In this document: positions 22,772-42,039 of the stretch, piece by piece
Position numbering within the stretch: the first letter of the stretch is position 1
Layout: the number at the start of each line of letters is the position of its first letter
Assembly (NCBI GenBank): GCA_030704615.1
Contig: CM060734.1
Coordinates: 63,798,001-63,862,000 of the forward strand
DNA: 64,000 nt
Source: Takakia lepidozioides
Lineage: Eukaryota; Plantae; Bryophyta
Reading direction: 5' to 3'
The notes under the pieces: model-generated
What the model saw: the letters and a program-made list of their open reading frames with translations, nothing else
The model's database searches: none
Told to the model about the DNA's origin: nothing
Position numbers and translations under genes: made by a program

Positions 22772-24440
22772 CTTGCAAGATGTGACCCCCCTTGTACAAA
22801 CACTGTAAAGTCTAGGCACCAGACACTGTTTGGTGGATTCATCCCTTATGAATATCAGCGTTTCCACATCCTCCTCCCTTGTATTATTGTGTCTCCTAGT
22901 GTATTGTTGCATGTATGCCTTCACACCACCCATCGAGCAACACACTGGTCCTTGTTTTTCCTTTCCCTTGGTCGAAGGAGAGACATACCTTTGGCGCCGC
23001 AGTTGTATATTATGAGCCGGTATCACAATCAACTTGTTAGTTCCCCTTGGACGTAGCATCGCAACTATGTTTTCCATCCTGCCTACCTCGCCAGAAAGCA
23101 AGAACAAGAGAGACCAGGATCTGTGCAGCGAAAGCCTGCAACACCTTGTAGTAGCACCGATCCAGGACGCAGCAGACGACTGAATGTTTGGCACCAAATA
23201 TCAAGATTATTGTGCTCACGCGTATGTACAAAAAACTGAGAAGGTTTCAGGGGCGGGAATAAGCAAAAGGAAGAAATGATTGAGAGGGACCCCCAAGCAC
23301 TACAGAGGGACTTACTACTCCCCGTATCGTTTGAGCTGGGCTTGCAACAATATACTGTCGAGTCTTCATGGGTACAAAATCTCTTGTTACGTATTAATTA
23401 TGCAAGATAGGTTGTCACTGCACTCTCCTGAGATGAACTGTCGCACATCAAAGGAATGGTCAGGGAAGACATAGGTTATAATTATGTCTACTTCAATAGG
23501 GGAAAAAATTGTCCTCCCCTATCATTCATGGAGGCTGTTGCTCTACACCACAGATGTACTGAAAATGAGGTTGCCTTTGTAGCAATCTCCATCAATGCAT
23601 GCGAATTACTGACGTTATCTTGTCACTGCCCCATTAGAATAGAAAATACAACCTGTTCATTCTCGCCCAAGATCTCAGTTCACCAGGGATAATGGCTGGC
23701 GCGAAAATCCTGGAGGTCCTCAAGAATATTTTCAGGGAGCCTCCAAGATCTAGAATATTGCTACATCCATGCCACACATTCAAGGTACATCCGAGAGATA
23801 GGACTACCGGGCAGGGACAGCGTGGTAGGCACCCCATTTCTAGTGTCTGCACGAATAGAGATGCCATAGCCCTGCAGGTTCCCCCTTTTGCTGGATTTGC
23901 AGGCTTGGATTTCTGGTAGCTTTGAGCTGGCATGCAGGACCCCAAGTCATGATGCCATAGCAGCGGCCTCCCTGGTGCAATGCGAGCACTTGAATGGTGG
24001 GGATGATTTTCAGTCCTTTCAATACTGCGCCAATATTTCCATTGAGTTCTTGGGGTGCATCAATTTGAGGAACAAGTTCATAGCTGTTGAAGAGCCAACA
24101 GAATAATGAATCAAAATTGGCTCATCTCCACTTGAGATTTTTCATCAGCAGGAGGTAAGTCTTTGTATATCACAATACTTTCACAGTTTCTGGGGTCCAG
24201 CAGCAAAATGACCTGTCCTCATCCTGCTCTTTTCCTGCACCTTAGTATTCGCATGTACACCACCATTGCACAAGGCGCGAAGACACCCAAGTTCCTCTTC
24301 TGATGCCGAGAACCAGTCCTGAATCAGACACATAAAATTGTGGGGTTATCTATTGCATCTTGTGTCATCAACAAGAGCTGAAGGACTGGGCTGGCTCAGC
24401 GATGGAGTGAAAAGCTGAAAATACACTTCCCACACCACCT

Positions 24441-30541
<6,101 letters not shown>

Positions 30542-30642
30542 GAGCCCCTGATCGTTCCCACTGAGACTCTCAGTCCCTGATCTCGGGAGGAGATCTGCAG
30601 ATGGCAATGCCATGTACACGCTGCCTGTGCGAGACGAGTGTG

Positions 30643-30653
30643 TTTGGCGGGAA
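30643..30653. promoter_or_regulatory. Overlapping E2F sites upstream of MCM3
   Basis: TTTGGCGGGAA reads TTTGGCGG on + and TTCCCGCC on -, ~105 bp upstream of the ATG. MCM genes are established E2F targets. Confidence 0.7.
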
Positions 30654-31021
30654 TCCGATGTTGGCTCCAAAACACCCGATTGGCTCATGTATATGCCACG
30701 TCACCAGTTTGTTTTGAAGTTGAATCCCCTCTTCACCAGAGCAACTCCACCGTCCCCTCCCCCATCAAACTACCATGCACATCTCTTTTCGGCTGACGTG
30801 CCTTGCTCGGGAAGGACCACCTAGACAACACGTGTCCCAGGTATTTATCAGGCCTCTCATTTTTTAATAATTGGGTCTTGAATGCACCTATGGGCCCCGC
30901 CAGAACGGCCCATGGGGTGAGCTCGTGAACCCACCCCCCTTTCACTTGGTCTAGATTCTCGATTTTTTCTAAGTCCTAGTTCTTTAACGGTGGCGGACCT
31001 TCTAGCGGACTCGCCAAACCC

Positions 31022-31170
31022 AGACTGACTCCAACTGGCGAGCGGACTGACCGGCAGATTGGCGATTAGCGAGCGGATTGATTTAGTCCGACAGATTGGC
31101 GAGCGGACTCACCGGCAGACTGACGATTGACGAGCGGACTGACTGGCGACGGACTCCAACTGACGAGCAC
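31022..31170. repeat. Degenerate short tandem repeat (GCGAGCGGA(C/T)T / GACTGAC units)
   Basis: About 4-5 copies visible; origin unknown. Confidence 0.55.
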
Positions 31171-32800
31171 CTAACTCCAACCTTCAGACCCTCCTCAAAC
31201 AAAATATATATTTATAATTAACACACATTACCACCACAATGTCACCTGCCAAGATTTGAACAACAAACCTCACGATCGTCACAAGTTGCTCTTTACCATC
31301 ACACTAGCTGCTGCTAGAAAGCAAACCCTTGAAATAATTATTTATTTATCTACATATCTTCAGGTGTTTTGTGGGCCCAACAGACTCGCTCCCCTTCTCG
31401 CTTCCCCTACGCGCGCCCTGGGGCTCACCCGAGCGGACTGACCCCGCCAGATAGGGTTGCCCCACCCTGCGCGACCCCCTATGCCACCCGCGGCCCCGCC
31501 ACAACCACACGTGCCCGCATTCAAGTCCCAATTATCAAACAATGAGAAGCTTTATCATGACCCTTAGTGGTAGTTGTAAAATAAAAATAAAAAACTTCTA
31601 TATTTCACAGCCTATATTAATTTAAAATTTAAACCACGATTTATTGGTGCCCATATTTATTTGTAGTTTTTTTTTATAAATTTATCTGTCAATAATATAT
31701 TGTACTCTATATTTTCTTGCACGTAGTATTGGAATATTTGGAAGTAGCCTTCCCTAGCTCACATACCTGTTTTTCACATGAAAAGCAATGAAATATTATG
31801 TGGTGAAGGGCTAAATTCCAGGAATATTCTTTGTATTATGCTCTGTTCATGCTCATATGTGCTCATGTTCATGCTCACCGCTCATGCAACATACACACCT
31901 GCTACTACCTCAAAAAGAATGGAGAAAGAAAATAATGGCCAGCCGCAGCGAACAGTCAGATTGACGCTTCCCACCAGCAACTCATTTCCCAAAATCATCA
32001 TAGGAATAGCGTGCAATTCCAGCTTTGCTAATGCTTCTCCAAATCTGCTCATTCCCACAAGTGGATCTCAAGGGCTGCTCTGCACTGGACGTTATGGAAG
32101 CACAAAAGGCTTCTTGTGTTACCCCCTCTCTTATTCAGAAAAAGTAAGCCCCAACTATTCTAATTACATCAGATGATTTTGAATGTGTAGAGTCCATATG
32201 GATTACTACTGCCGACATCAAACATTTGTGCAATCAACCCCCCCAACAGCAGCCCAGAGATCTTATTCAAAATTCAAAATTCAGGAATATTTCCAGAAAT
32301 TGCAGCCTCACTATTCACTATCACCATTTACAAAAAATCTCATGGGGAGCGTACCTGGAATATCACCCTAGACTAAGTGTCAAGCCTTCAACTCAAATTC
32401 TGGCTTTTGTGAAGGATGCAGAAATCTACTCTACGCCTCCACCTATGGAGGCAATCTGGACTACGAAGAATGGTTGTTTGCTCCGGGTGGGGAGTCACAG
32501 TTGGAAATCCGCAATCAAGACACGTTGGTGAGTGAATTTCAGCTTCTGGGGGCCCACCTAGATTCTGAAATTGATCATGACAACTATAGATTGGAAATAC
32601 AAACAAGTCGAAATAACGTGCATTAATCAAGTTGATTACGAATTGTATTCATTTGCATCTCCAAGCTTTTAGGAAAAGCTCAACTCCACCATCCACAACA
32701 ACAGAATTAGGACACCGTTCTTGCACTATCACCAGGGAGAGTACAACATCCCCCTGTGCACATTATATACTCCAGTCAAGTGCAATTTAAAGCTAACTTC

Positions 32801-32873
32801 TATAGGGCCCACCTCCGAACAGGGGGGGCACTAGACGTAAGGCGAAGTGGCTAGTTACGCCGGTTTCGGCAGG

Positions 32874-32909
<36 letters not shown>
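32801..32909 (+). mobile_element. 5'-truncated non-LTR retroelement tail with (CT)n end
   Basis: 109-bp insert flanked by the 11-bp direct repeat AAGCTAACTTC (32790-32800, 32910-32920); ends in ~16 CT repeats preceded by the hairpin GCCG-GTTT-CGGC. Confidence 0.7.
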
Positions 32910-32910
<1 letters not shown>

Positions 32911-33099
32911 AGCTAACTTCCCACCTATAATCTCATTAACATTATCACAATTACCATTATAAAAAAAATTAGATATACTAACGGTATGTTAATAATAGAG
33001 AACTCAATGCATGCGTACAACCTCTCTGACAGGATGGTACACCAGTTGGCATGTCGAATCCTCCCCACCCTCTCTTGAGAGTGACATGGAACTGAAAGA

Positions 33100-33345
33100 G
33101 TGTAAATTCCAGTCGGTTACACAATAGGAAGTGTAACTCTACTTGGGGTTACACTAAGTTACATGACAGGGTGTGTAACTCCACTCGGTGTAACTTACAG
33201 TTCATCTCAAGATTTGACTCTGTCCAAATTTGACTAAGTATAAAATAGACTAGGAAGAGTTACATGAGAGACTGGGGTTACAGAGGGTTACACCGATTGG
33301 GATAGGAGTTACCTGGGCTACACTGCAAGAGGGTTACACCTATTT
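33100..33345. repeat. Cluster of GTTACA(C)/GTGTAAC motifs, probable MITE remnant
   Basis: About 12 motif copies in both orientations; termini not resolved. Confidence 0.45.
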
Positions 33346-33687
33346 GGGTATAGGTATCCGGGTCCCACTACCATACTCTCCCATCAAGAATCAAACCCAG
33401 AATCTGCCGCCTACATTGCAATCACCATACCAATACGCTGAAGCAAAAACAGCTCTCGTTGCTTAAGGGTTAAGGATTATTTCTTAAGGACTATTTCCAG
33501 AGGTAAAGATCATTCTCCAATAAAGGAAATGAAGCATGATACGTCATGGAAACAGTAGGATTTCAACTGTTGGCACCAATGTCATTGTGGTCAAATAAGA
33601 AACGGGGGAATGTACACAGGATCCACCTTTCCACAATAACAATTTTTTACCAGCAAACCCCACAAGAACAAACCCCATCTTCAAAGT

Positions 33688-34535
33688 CACTACAACAGAT
33701 CGTGGTTGTTATGACTGCCACACCGTGGTAGTCATGGTTTTCAATGACTTTGACCATGACTGCACCATGTTTTTATATGAAATTGACCTCCCGCAGTTGT
33801 TCATACGACTATAGTCATATGAACGACTATCTAAGTAGTCGTCTGTATGACTACATGGCTCCGGAATGGGCGGAAGGCTGGTCAACGGCAATTGACCAGA
33901 TTTAGCTCATCATTCATAGTCATTTCCATGACTACAGTGTACATGGATGAGGTTACATAGTCATGATGACTACTAGGGATTTTGTAATTTGGTGTGTATA
34001 ATACAATTAAAACACTATATGATCCTAAGAATGACTGATGGATGTATTGGTTAACAGGTAGTGAACTATAATTCTTATAGTAAAGAGGTTGTAGGTTCAA
34101 ACTCCTCTAAGTACAATCAAATGGATAAGATGCCCTAGAGTTAGTAGGCGAGCTAGGGATAGTGCGTATTATCCTAGATGGACTACCACGTGGTTTTTTT
34201 CACTATTATAAAATGCATTATGCCACGTGGCACAATGCGGTGCGACGCGGCGTCTGACATATGTTTTTATTTTTTAGTTTTTTTAATTTAATTTAATTTT
34301 TTTAATCAATTGCGCCTCGCCACGTGGCGCGGCTGCGGCGGCTGCAGTATGGTATATATGACTGCAGTGAGAGATATCACTTGGTACATCTGACTGTAGT
34401 CATCCGGACCGTACCATCCTGTACTCATTGTATTCACTTGGTTTGCACGACTTACAGTCATAGAAGTCATATGTACCGTTTATGACTGCAGAATAGTCAT
34501 ATATACAGTCATAAATACCGCGATCTGTTGTAGTG
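33688..34535. mobile_element. Non-autonomous CACTA element, 848 bp
   Basis: TIR CACTACAACAGATCG (15 bp perfect), 3-bp TSD AGT (33685-33687, 34536-34538), ATGACT/AGTCAT subterminal repeats at both ends. Confidence 0.9.
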
Positions 34536-34779
34536 AGTGATGAAAGCGGTTGGTTTCCTGTACAACAATTGCTCGGCCAAAAATCTGAGATGAATTTGGT
34601 GGAGATGTGGCAGTCACCACACCCAAAGATTGTTGATGAGACAGAGAGGCGTCCTAGGGGTCGTGCTGATGAGCCCAAAACCAATGGCCAGCTTCTCACT
34701 GTGGTGACAAAAAAAAAATTCATTTTACTCCACGTAATACAAAGTGTGTAAGGCACATACCCTGCCTCCACCTACCAGT

Positions 34780-35850
34780 TGCATTATAGATGTTTGATAG
34801 CAACGCATAAGTCACAACATCTTGGCCATCCACTTAGAATAGATGTTGCCACAGGTTCAGCCATCTCCACATTGCCATGGCTTCTGCAGGCACCAAGCAA
34901 GGCCATCCACACCACAACATCTGGTTCCATTGGCATTTTAGTATTGAGGTCCTCTGCTTCATCCAATTGCTCGCACGTCCAAGAAGTCCACCATGCAGCC
35001 AAAGTGCTTTACCGTCGGAGTCACACCGTAATCTGGACTCAGGGAATCAAAGTAACATCTTCCTTCATCCAGTAGGCCAACATGGCTACATGCAGAGAGA
35101 AACATAGAGAATAGTTGCAGGACCTCCCTATGACAACCATGCTGGGCATATCCTACGATCATCGCCCTCCACGACAGTATACCTCATTCAGCCATATTGT
35201 CAGATACTTCATTGCATCCTCAATGCTGACATTTGGCATACATGTCCACCTGGGCAGTGTCCAGAATGACATCTGGTACAATTCTGGCTTTGATGATGTC
35301 ACCATGGACCTCTTTGCCATTTTCCTGGCATGCCAGGCTTGCACAAGCACACCACAAGCATTGGGGTCAGAAAAGTATTCACTCCACAGCTTCTCCTCAT
35401 CTTTGTTACCTGTTTCTGGATTCTTTCCTATTGTCACATTGGCACATTTGGCATACATGTCCACGAGGGTATTGCTCACAATCACATCTGGTACAATTCC
35501 AGCTTTGGCGATGGACCATGCACCTCTTTGCCCTTCTCCAGGGTTGTCAGACTTGCACACGCAAACGCATATAAACGTTAAATGTGGTTGGGCATCACCC
35601 CTTCCCCGATCATTTGCTCATAGGTCTCCAAAGCCTCCATCTAGCACCCCTGCCGCGCATACCCTTCAAGCATTGCGTTCATTAACACCACATCTCGCTC
35701 AGCCATACCATTGAACACTTCTTTCATACATGTCCACGAGGGTATTGTTTAGAATGACATGTGGTACAATTGCAGTTCTGACAATGTCGCCATGGAGCTC
35801 TTTGCCCTTCTACAGAGCTGCCAGGCTTGTACATGCATTGCAAACTATCG
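34780..35850 (-). pseudogene. Scrambled PLS/E-class PPR gene fragments
   Basis: PDVIVSNTLVDMYAKC, LSACSHVGLLDEG...FGCMVD, MPMEPDVVVWMALLGACRSHGNVEMAE (E domain), with frameshifts and non-PPR inserts. A CACTA-like end (CACTAGTGGTAAAAAAAC on -) lies at 35899. Confidence 0.8.
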
Positions 35851-36929
35851 GTTCACTCAACCAGTAACTTGCAGATGTCAAGTTTTTTTACCACTAGTGT
35901 GAAACTAGCTAGGAAATAGCTAGCTTTTACATATTGACGTTTGGGATTGGCCCAAGTGTCAATCCGGGGGTCAAGGCAGATTTAGGCCCTGGAGTGGTTA
36001 TCTTCACCGCAAGCGCGGGAGGCTCATCTTTCTCGAGTTGAGGCTCATCTTTCTCGAGTTGAGCCTCACCGCGCCTAGCTATGGCGCCGTAGTGTGGATT
36101 CCCCATGGCGTGGGGTGCACTTGGCTTGATTTGTATTTGAGTGATGAGGGTATATATGCATGAGTTTATGCTTCAGCTTTGTGAGCTCTCATGAGCTTGT
36201 GCTTGTATGTCTTCTTCTTCTTTATCATTCGAGAAAGATGAGCTCGAGTCTGTGAGTGCCAGGTCCGAGTTAGTTGTAGCACTTGTGGTTTTTGCTTGAG
36301 AATGAGAGAAACCAGGTTGTTATTCAAGGAGCACCGTGGAGCTCTTGGTTGTTAGAAGCGGAGGCGATGTGGGTTACGAGGTGGTAGATCTTGGCATTCG
36401 ATCTTCAGCTTCAGAGATGAAAGCACCATGCTGCAGGTAATTCCAGAGCACTTTGATGGTTTCAGATTGTGTACATGCATGAGCAAGCACGATTGGGAAG
36501 AGGACCAGTCAAGAGCAGGTTAGAGTGGCTTTGGTGGCAAAGCTGAGAACTGGACTTGGGAATGCGAACTTTCATTGTGTGAAGGATTGTAAGACCAAGC
36601 GAAAGGGCTGATTTGGCTTGGGGCAAATCAGTGCACTTTGTGGAGTATGTGGAGATTGGGTTTCAATCTCGAGCTTCAGCATTGAGAGGGCTCTTGTCAT
36701 GGCAAGAGCAGGGCTGGAACAAGAGCTAAGAGGTGCAGCAAGGCCATGGAATGTGCACCTAGGGTTTCAGAGCTTGGAAGAAGAGCTTTTGCACCACAAG
36801 AGGAGTGTCTTGTGGCTGGAAATATAAGCCTTAGGGTTTCAGGAGCTTGGCAAGGGCTGTGGAGTGCTTAGTCTTGTCTTAGAGAGCATCAAGGAGCCAA
36901 GGAGCCAAGATAGGGGGCTGATACCTCTT

Positions 36930-37262
36930 GTGTGAAGAGGTTGCATGTGTGGAGCATATATTCAGCTCATTGAAGCTGCCATCTTCAAGCTTGGAGGGCA
37001 AGCAAGGAAGAGGGAAGGGCTAACTTCCCTTATGTGAGGGCAATGCATGTGTGGAGCATGCTAGCAGCCTGGTGAAGGCTTGTACGTTCAGGTGTGGTGT
37101 GCAAGAAAGGAAGGAAGGGGCTGGTTTCTCTGTAAGGCATGTGTGGAGCATGCTTTCAGCCTGCTGCAGCTTGTATTTTCAGGTTTGTGGGTGCAAGAAA
37201 GGAAGCAAAAGGGCTGATTCTCTTGTGGTGAGAGTGGGGCATGTGTGGAGCATGCCTTCAGT
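36930..37262. repeat. ~95-100-bp degenerate tandem repeat (GCATGTGTGGAGCAT core) of an unclassified element interrupted by the large CACTA
   Basis: Core at ~36944, 37045, 37137, 37239. Similar sequence (ttcaagct...gaagggct) resumes after the CACTA at 50713. Confidence 0.55.
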
Positions 37263-38249
37263 CCATTGGGCTTTGTTTTCACTAGTACAGAAACTGGTTT
37301 TTTTAACGGCTCTTCTCACACATTTTGGTGTGAAAAAAGCGCAAGTTCACACCCCCCCTTGGTGTTAGGTTAACCTAGTCCTTTGCACCACATGTGAACT
37401 TTCTTGGTCCTGTGAAAAAAACCATCTCACACCAAACTTGCACCTGATGTGGCAGTAGGCTTAGGTGGCTCTTTTGACGGATATTTTGACGGTCGTTTTG
37501 ACTGGTTAGTTCAACTACTATTTTGACTAAGTAATCTTAATGGTCTTTCTACGGTACTTATTACACCTCGGCGCCACCATGTTTGCCACATGTATGTCAA
37601 AGGGAATGCCACGTAATAGAGTCCATCAGAATTATTAAATAAATAATAGATATTAAGGGCTCTTCTTACGGACTCTCTCACACAGATTTAACACCAGGTT
37701 CAAGTCATGGTGTGATCGCAATGACACTAGTGTGAATACTGTCACATCCACTGTTTTGTTCCTATTGGATGAAAAGTAAACAATTATTATTTGTTGACAA
37801 ATGCCAAAATGAATAGTCATATTATTATTATTATTATTATTCTTATAATAAATGGGATAGCACCCCAAAAGCCATTGGCTGCTTGATTTAATATGTAATA
37901 TATTATTGTTTTAGAATTTTGATTTGTTTTGTTTCATTTAAACAAAAGCTTATTTAAAACATGGATAATAATTGTATTATGAACCACATTGACCAGTAGT
38001 AATGTTATTAATATTAAATATAGCAAACAACCAGCAAAATACCACATTCATGTCTACACAAGTTTAATTTGGCTTGATGTGGGAAAATGAAGTTGTCTTT
38101 GAACAAGGGGATCTTGTGATCATACATGAGAATAGCAAGAGCATCAATTCAAAAAATACTGTTCATGTCAGAAGAGCAGTTTTGTTCACCTGTCTCAGCA
38201 ACCTTCAATCCATAAAGAAAACTAAACTAAACTTGTAGCATCTTCAATA

Positions 38250-41200
38250 TCACGCGTGTTTAATAAACTTTTCAGACCATAAGGTGGCACCTCCCTGCGT
38301 GTCACCCAATGTGGTATGATTAGGGGTAACAGAGTAGTCCGGGTACGGCAACACAACCTCTGAAATCATGACCGATTTCACATGGATACGGTAATAGTTG
38401 TCTGGCACATTTGCTTTCGGAAATCCAGCAATATATCCCACACCTGCCCTTCTTTTTGGTGCACAAGGATCAAACAATAACACCTTGTCGCCGATCTGAA
38501 ACTGCAACAAAAACCAGATTCCTATATCAGAAATGAACCCTGGAGAACAGAGACTGACAGCTTGGCACTCCTGCAAAATGCATCCTCGTTCTTCCAGCAA
38601 ACACCCTAACCCTACCTATTGCAGTACTTCCAATTCTGAATTGCATTTGCCTGTCTCTATACTCCATGCTGACATGATCAAAGGTGGAACGGTGCCATAC
38701 CTAGTTGATAGCAGGTTCTTCATGGTCAACATGGATGTGGTAGGACGATGTCACAAAACTACCTTTGTAGGTTGTCAATCCTGCAGCTACACAGCGATAC
38801 ATAGGGGGTGTATTGATCCAGCATCAGACAAGGAAACAAAAGAGGACAAATGAAGTACTTACACTGTGCGGATTTTGTTGGTCACCCCATGGTTCAGTTA
38901 CATCCACTGTGGTTGTAGTCTGATTGATAGCACATATTGTGCTTTCCCTGCCCATTGAACGCTTCACTGGTTTCACCATCTGCATATTGAATGACACATG
39001 ATCAAAAAATGAGAATAGCACGAATGACACACATTGTGAAGTAACATTAACAATACAAATCCACCCACGCGCCCAAGCATTGAATCTTTTGCTCTCACCT
39101 TTCTTTGATTATGCTTTGTTGTTGCATCAGGAGGCAAAGTCGTTGGAACTCTGGCAGCATGAAGTCCTGGTTCGGATGCCTTTGCAGATTGTTGTGATCC
39201 ACTACCCATGGCTGCAGTATTGAACAAGTAGTTGGGCTGCCCATATCTGTATGGGTGCCCTGACACATACTCAGGGATGTGTGCAGCCTTGGATACACCC
39301 TATAACCAAGGCAGTAATTCTTTCATAAGCCTCTTGCAGTTTGGCTGATCCCTCAACTTCCATGGATACGGGAAGATGCAATTATTTGCAGGGTTGGGTA
39401 AGCAAGTGAGTGGGGAATCGTCCACCAGCAAAGTATTGGTTGGATTGTAATGGTTGTAGTCCTTCCAAAACTTACATAAGTTCTTGTACATGACAGTTTT
39501 AGAAGGATTGAGAGGGTCCACCATTCCCACAGGTTGGTCACAATAGTCTTGGTGAAGCACCATCTTTGGTTGCTTCCCAGGAAACAATGCTTTCACAACT
39601 GGAAGGACATTACTCAATGACATGGAAGACCATACACCTACATCAAAAATCTGAAGGCATCGGTCCAGAAACTCCTGACACCCAGGTCTGGAGGTGACAG
39701 TGGGCTCTAGGTGTTCCCTTGTTCGTAGTCTGCTCTCACATAACAATCCATTCAAGTCGAGTATAAGGATGTGTTTCTGCCTCTCAGTTGCCGAAGGGCA
39801 ATTACCAACAACTTGTACATGATTATCATGTACAAAAGACACACCTTTCTGTGGGGCACTTTGCAAATTCATGGAGACCTCACAGGCATATTGAGAGGGT
39901 AGTACATATGCCGGAAGTGCTACTGGTGTAGGGGACAACAAAACGGATGAACACTTTGCAGTTGCCTCAACAATATGGGGGGATGGATTGAGTTCACCTT
40001 CAGACCAACCCTCCATGTCATCATCCCCCTCCATTTCTGAAAGCCCAAACAATGAGCCTATTGTGTTTGGCTTTGGTGGCGGTGAAGAAATTGCCTTGAA
40101 CAGGTTGAGTGGTGAGCCCATAACATGAGTGTTGTGTGGCGCAAAGGTGGTGCATGGTGGACCTGTAGGTTCCGAATCTGGCACATTCATGCCAAGTTTA
40201 GCTGCGAGCGCAATGTTGAATGCAGCTGCTGCCTCCAGTTGGCCTTGGACTGCTTCCAAAGCTGCCTTGGAGCTGGCTTCCATCTACACTTGTTTGTTTT
40301 CCATAGCATCGAGGCGAGCTGCTAGTGAACCAATTCCCTGCCCCATCACATAGAACACCTCCAAAGTAACAATTCACTACACTGACTGATGAACTAGTAA
40401 GAAAACAGAACCAAACGGCAACTAGCAATGGCATGGAAATCACGAATATGTAATTCACACCAGAATTGGTACTGAGTTTATATACCGTTGTGGCTGCACT
40501 GCCTGTACACCCCGAGCCGTAGCCTTTGTCACTCCTGGCGCTACCGGCGATCTCCTGCAAACTTGGTGTACGTCCAGTCTCCTTCTCCTGTGATTGCAAC
40601 AAACTTGCAAGTGTTAATGACTAGCATAGCACACTGCCAACAGTAAAGAATTATCTAGGATAGCGTCAATGACTCCCCCTCAATAAGAGTGCTTAGTTTC
40701 TTGCTGGCGCCCAACTCTGAGAAGGCCCCCAAGTAGTAGCAATGTGTACTAATTCAATGGTGATAGGAATAGACTCTGAGCTCCAGCCAAAAAAACCCAA
40801 CACATAAAGTTTGTCAATGCAAAACAATGTGGGAACTTCCTATGTTGTAAGAGAAGTACACCAGTCGTGCTACAACACCGCTGATTCCACTACGACCTGA
40901 TCGAGATGTATTCTTCACACATCCCCGCGCCTTGACACCATTTGCCTGAAATTTCTTGAAATCAATGGAACCCCAACTAACAACTAGTTGTGCCCATGTC
41001 TTGTCTGGCACATGATGGGGTTTGGGCAGCCCCACACTATAGTAATTTTTGAACAGCTTATTTCGTTGGTACTTGAGCTGCCCGCAAATTGTTTTTGTAA
41101 TAGCCTTTATGTTAAGACCAGGTGGTCCGTATTCCCAATCTGAAGCCAGGATCTCCATGATCTTTTCAATTAAGTGTAATGGTTGATCCTGAGCATACAA

Positions 41201-41950
41201 TGACCAGTCCAACAAACGTTGACACTGCCCTCGCAGAGCTGTCATCCACTGGTTCCGAGCAGGACCTTCAGGGTTTCCAAGTTCATCACAAGAAATGAAA
41301 AATTTCCTCCTCCCTACAGCCACATTCTGAGCAGCCTGGTCTCTCAGATCTTTTGCAAGTGCCCTTCTTTCCCTCCTTAAAGCATTTTTGCGTTCTATAG
41401 GAGTCACACCTGATGTCCCCCTAGGACTAAGGCTGGAATCCTGCAAGGTTTCAGCAGTACCATGCATGTTACCACCTTCACTCTGTTGGGGCTGGACTGC
41501 TGTCTCCCACCCCACAGGATGATGCGGAGCAAATGCATCCTCGGTCTATTTCAGAATGCCTTTCCCTTTCAGGGTATTAGGTGTACCTGGAGATGTTGGA
41601 TAAAGAGGTGGCCGCGGTGCAGTGAAGCTCGAAGGTGCCGGCAGTTGTACTCCACTGTAGTTGGATCCTGAAGGTTGGTGGCCACCATACTGGACCTGCC
41701 CCTGGTGTGGTCTTGCAGGGCTGGTAGGATAGAGGGAGGAAGTAGGTTGGTTGTACATAGGCCGAGGAGGATACATACTATGGGGATGCATTCCATAATG
41801 GTGGTAAATGGAATACCCACCTTGACTAGGATCATGCATTGGAGCGCCTGCAGGTGGAGCAAAAGAATTGTAATTCTGGCACTGAGAATCATTGTTTGGA
41901 GGTTGATAGTGAGGATACGGCATGTGCCCATGCAGATTATACCCTGACAT
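38250..41950 (-). pseudogene. CACTA TnpA/ORF2-like protein (~938 aa) with an embedded FCP1/NIF-like HAD domain
   Basis: Phase-0 exon chain 41950-40862, 40587-40486, 40337-39099, 38979-38863, 38780-38763, 38501-38250, with four in-frame TAG/TGA stops. Domains: P/Y/Q-rich N-terminus; Ptta-like core (KPHHVPDKTWAQLVVSW...KARGCVKN...GRSG); HAD (LILDLNGLL, RPGCQEFL, VGVWSS, NTLLVDDSP); C-terminal TNP1-like (YRIHVKSV...LPYP...TLGD...TLW). Confidence 0.75.
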
Positions 41951-42039
41951 GGTATACCTGAATATTAGGAAGGAAGAACTCACCCTGCTAGATGAATCTG
42001 ACGTGGAGGCTGAAGTGTCTAAGGCCATGTCAAAAGCAT

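Noticed and set aside
23200-24400. ORFs between the GRAS and MCM3 3' ends
   Set aside because: No motifs; the MCM3 stop is at 24441.
34697-35899. Complete third CACTA element around the PPR fragments
   Set aside because: Only one convincing end (35899); the candidate partner at 34697 is imperfect and the TSDs do not match.
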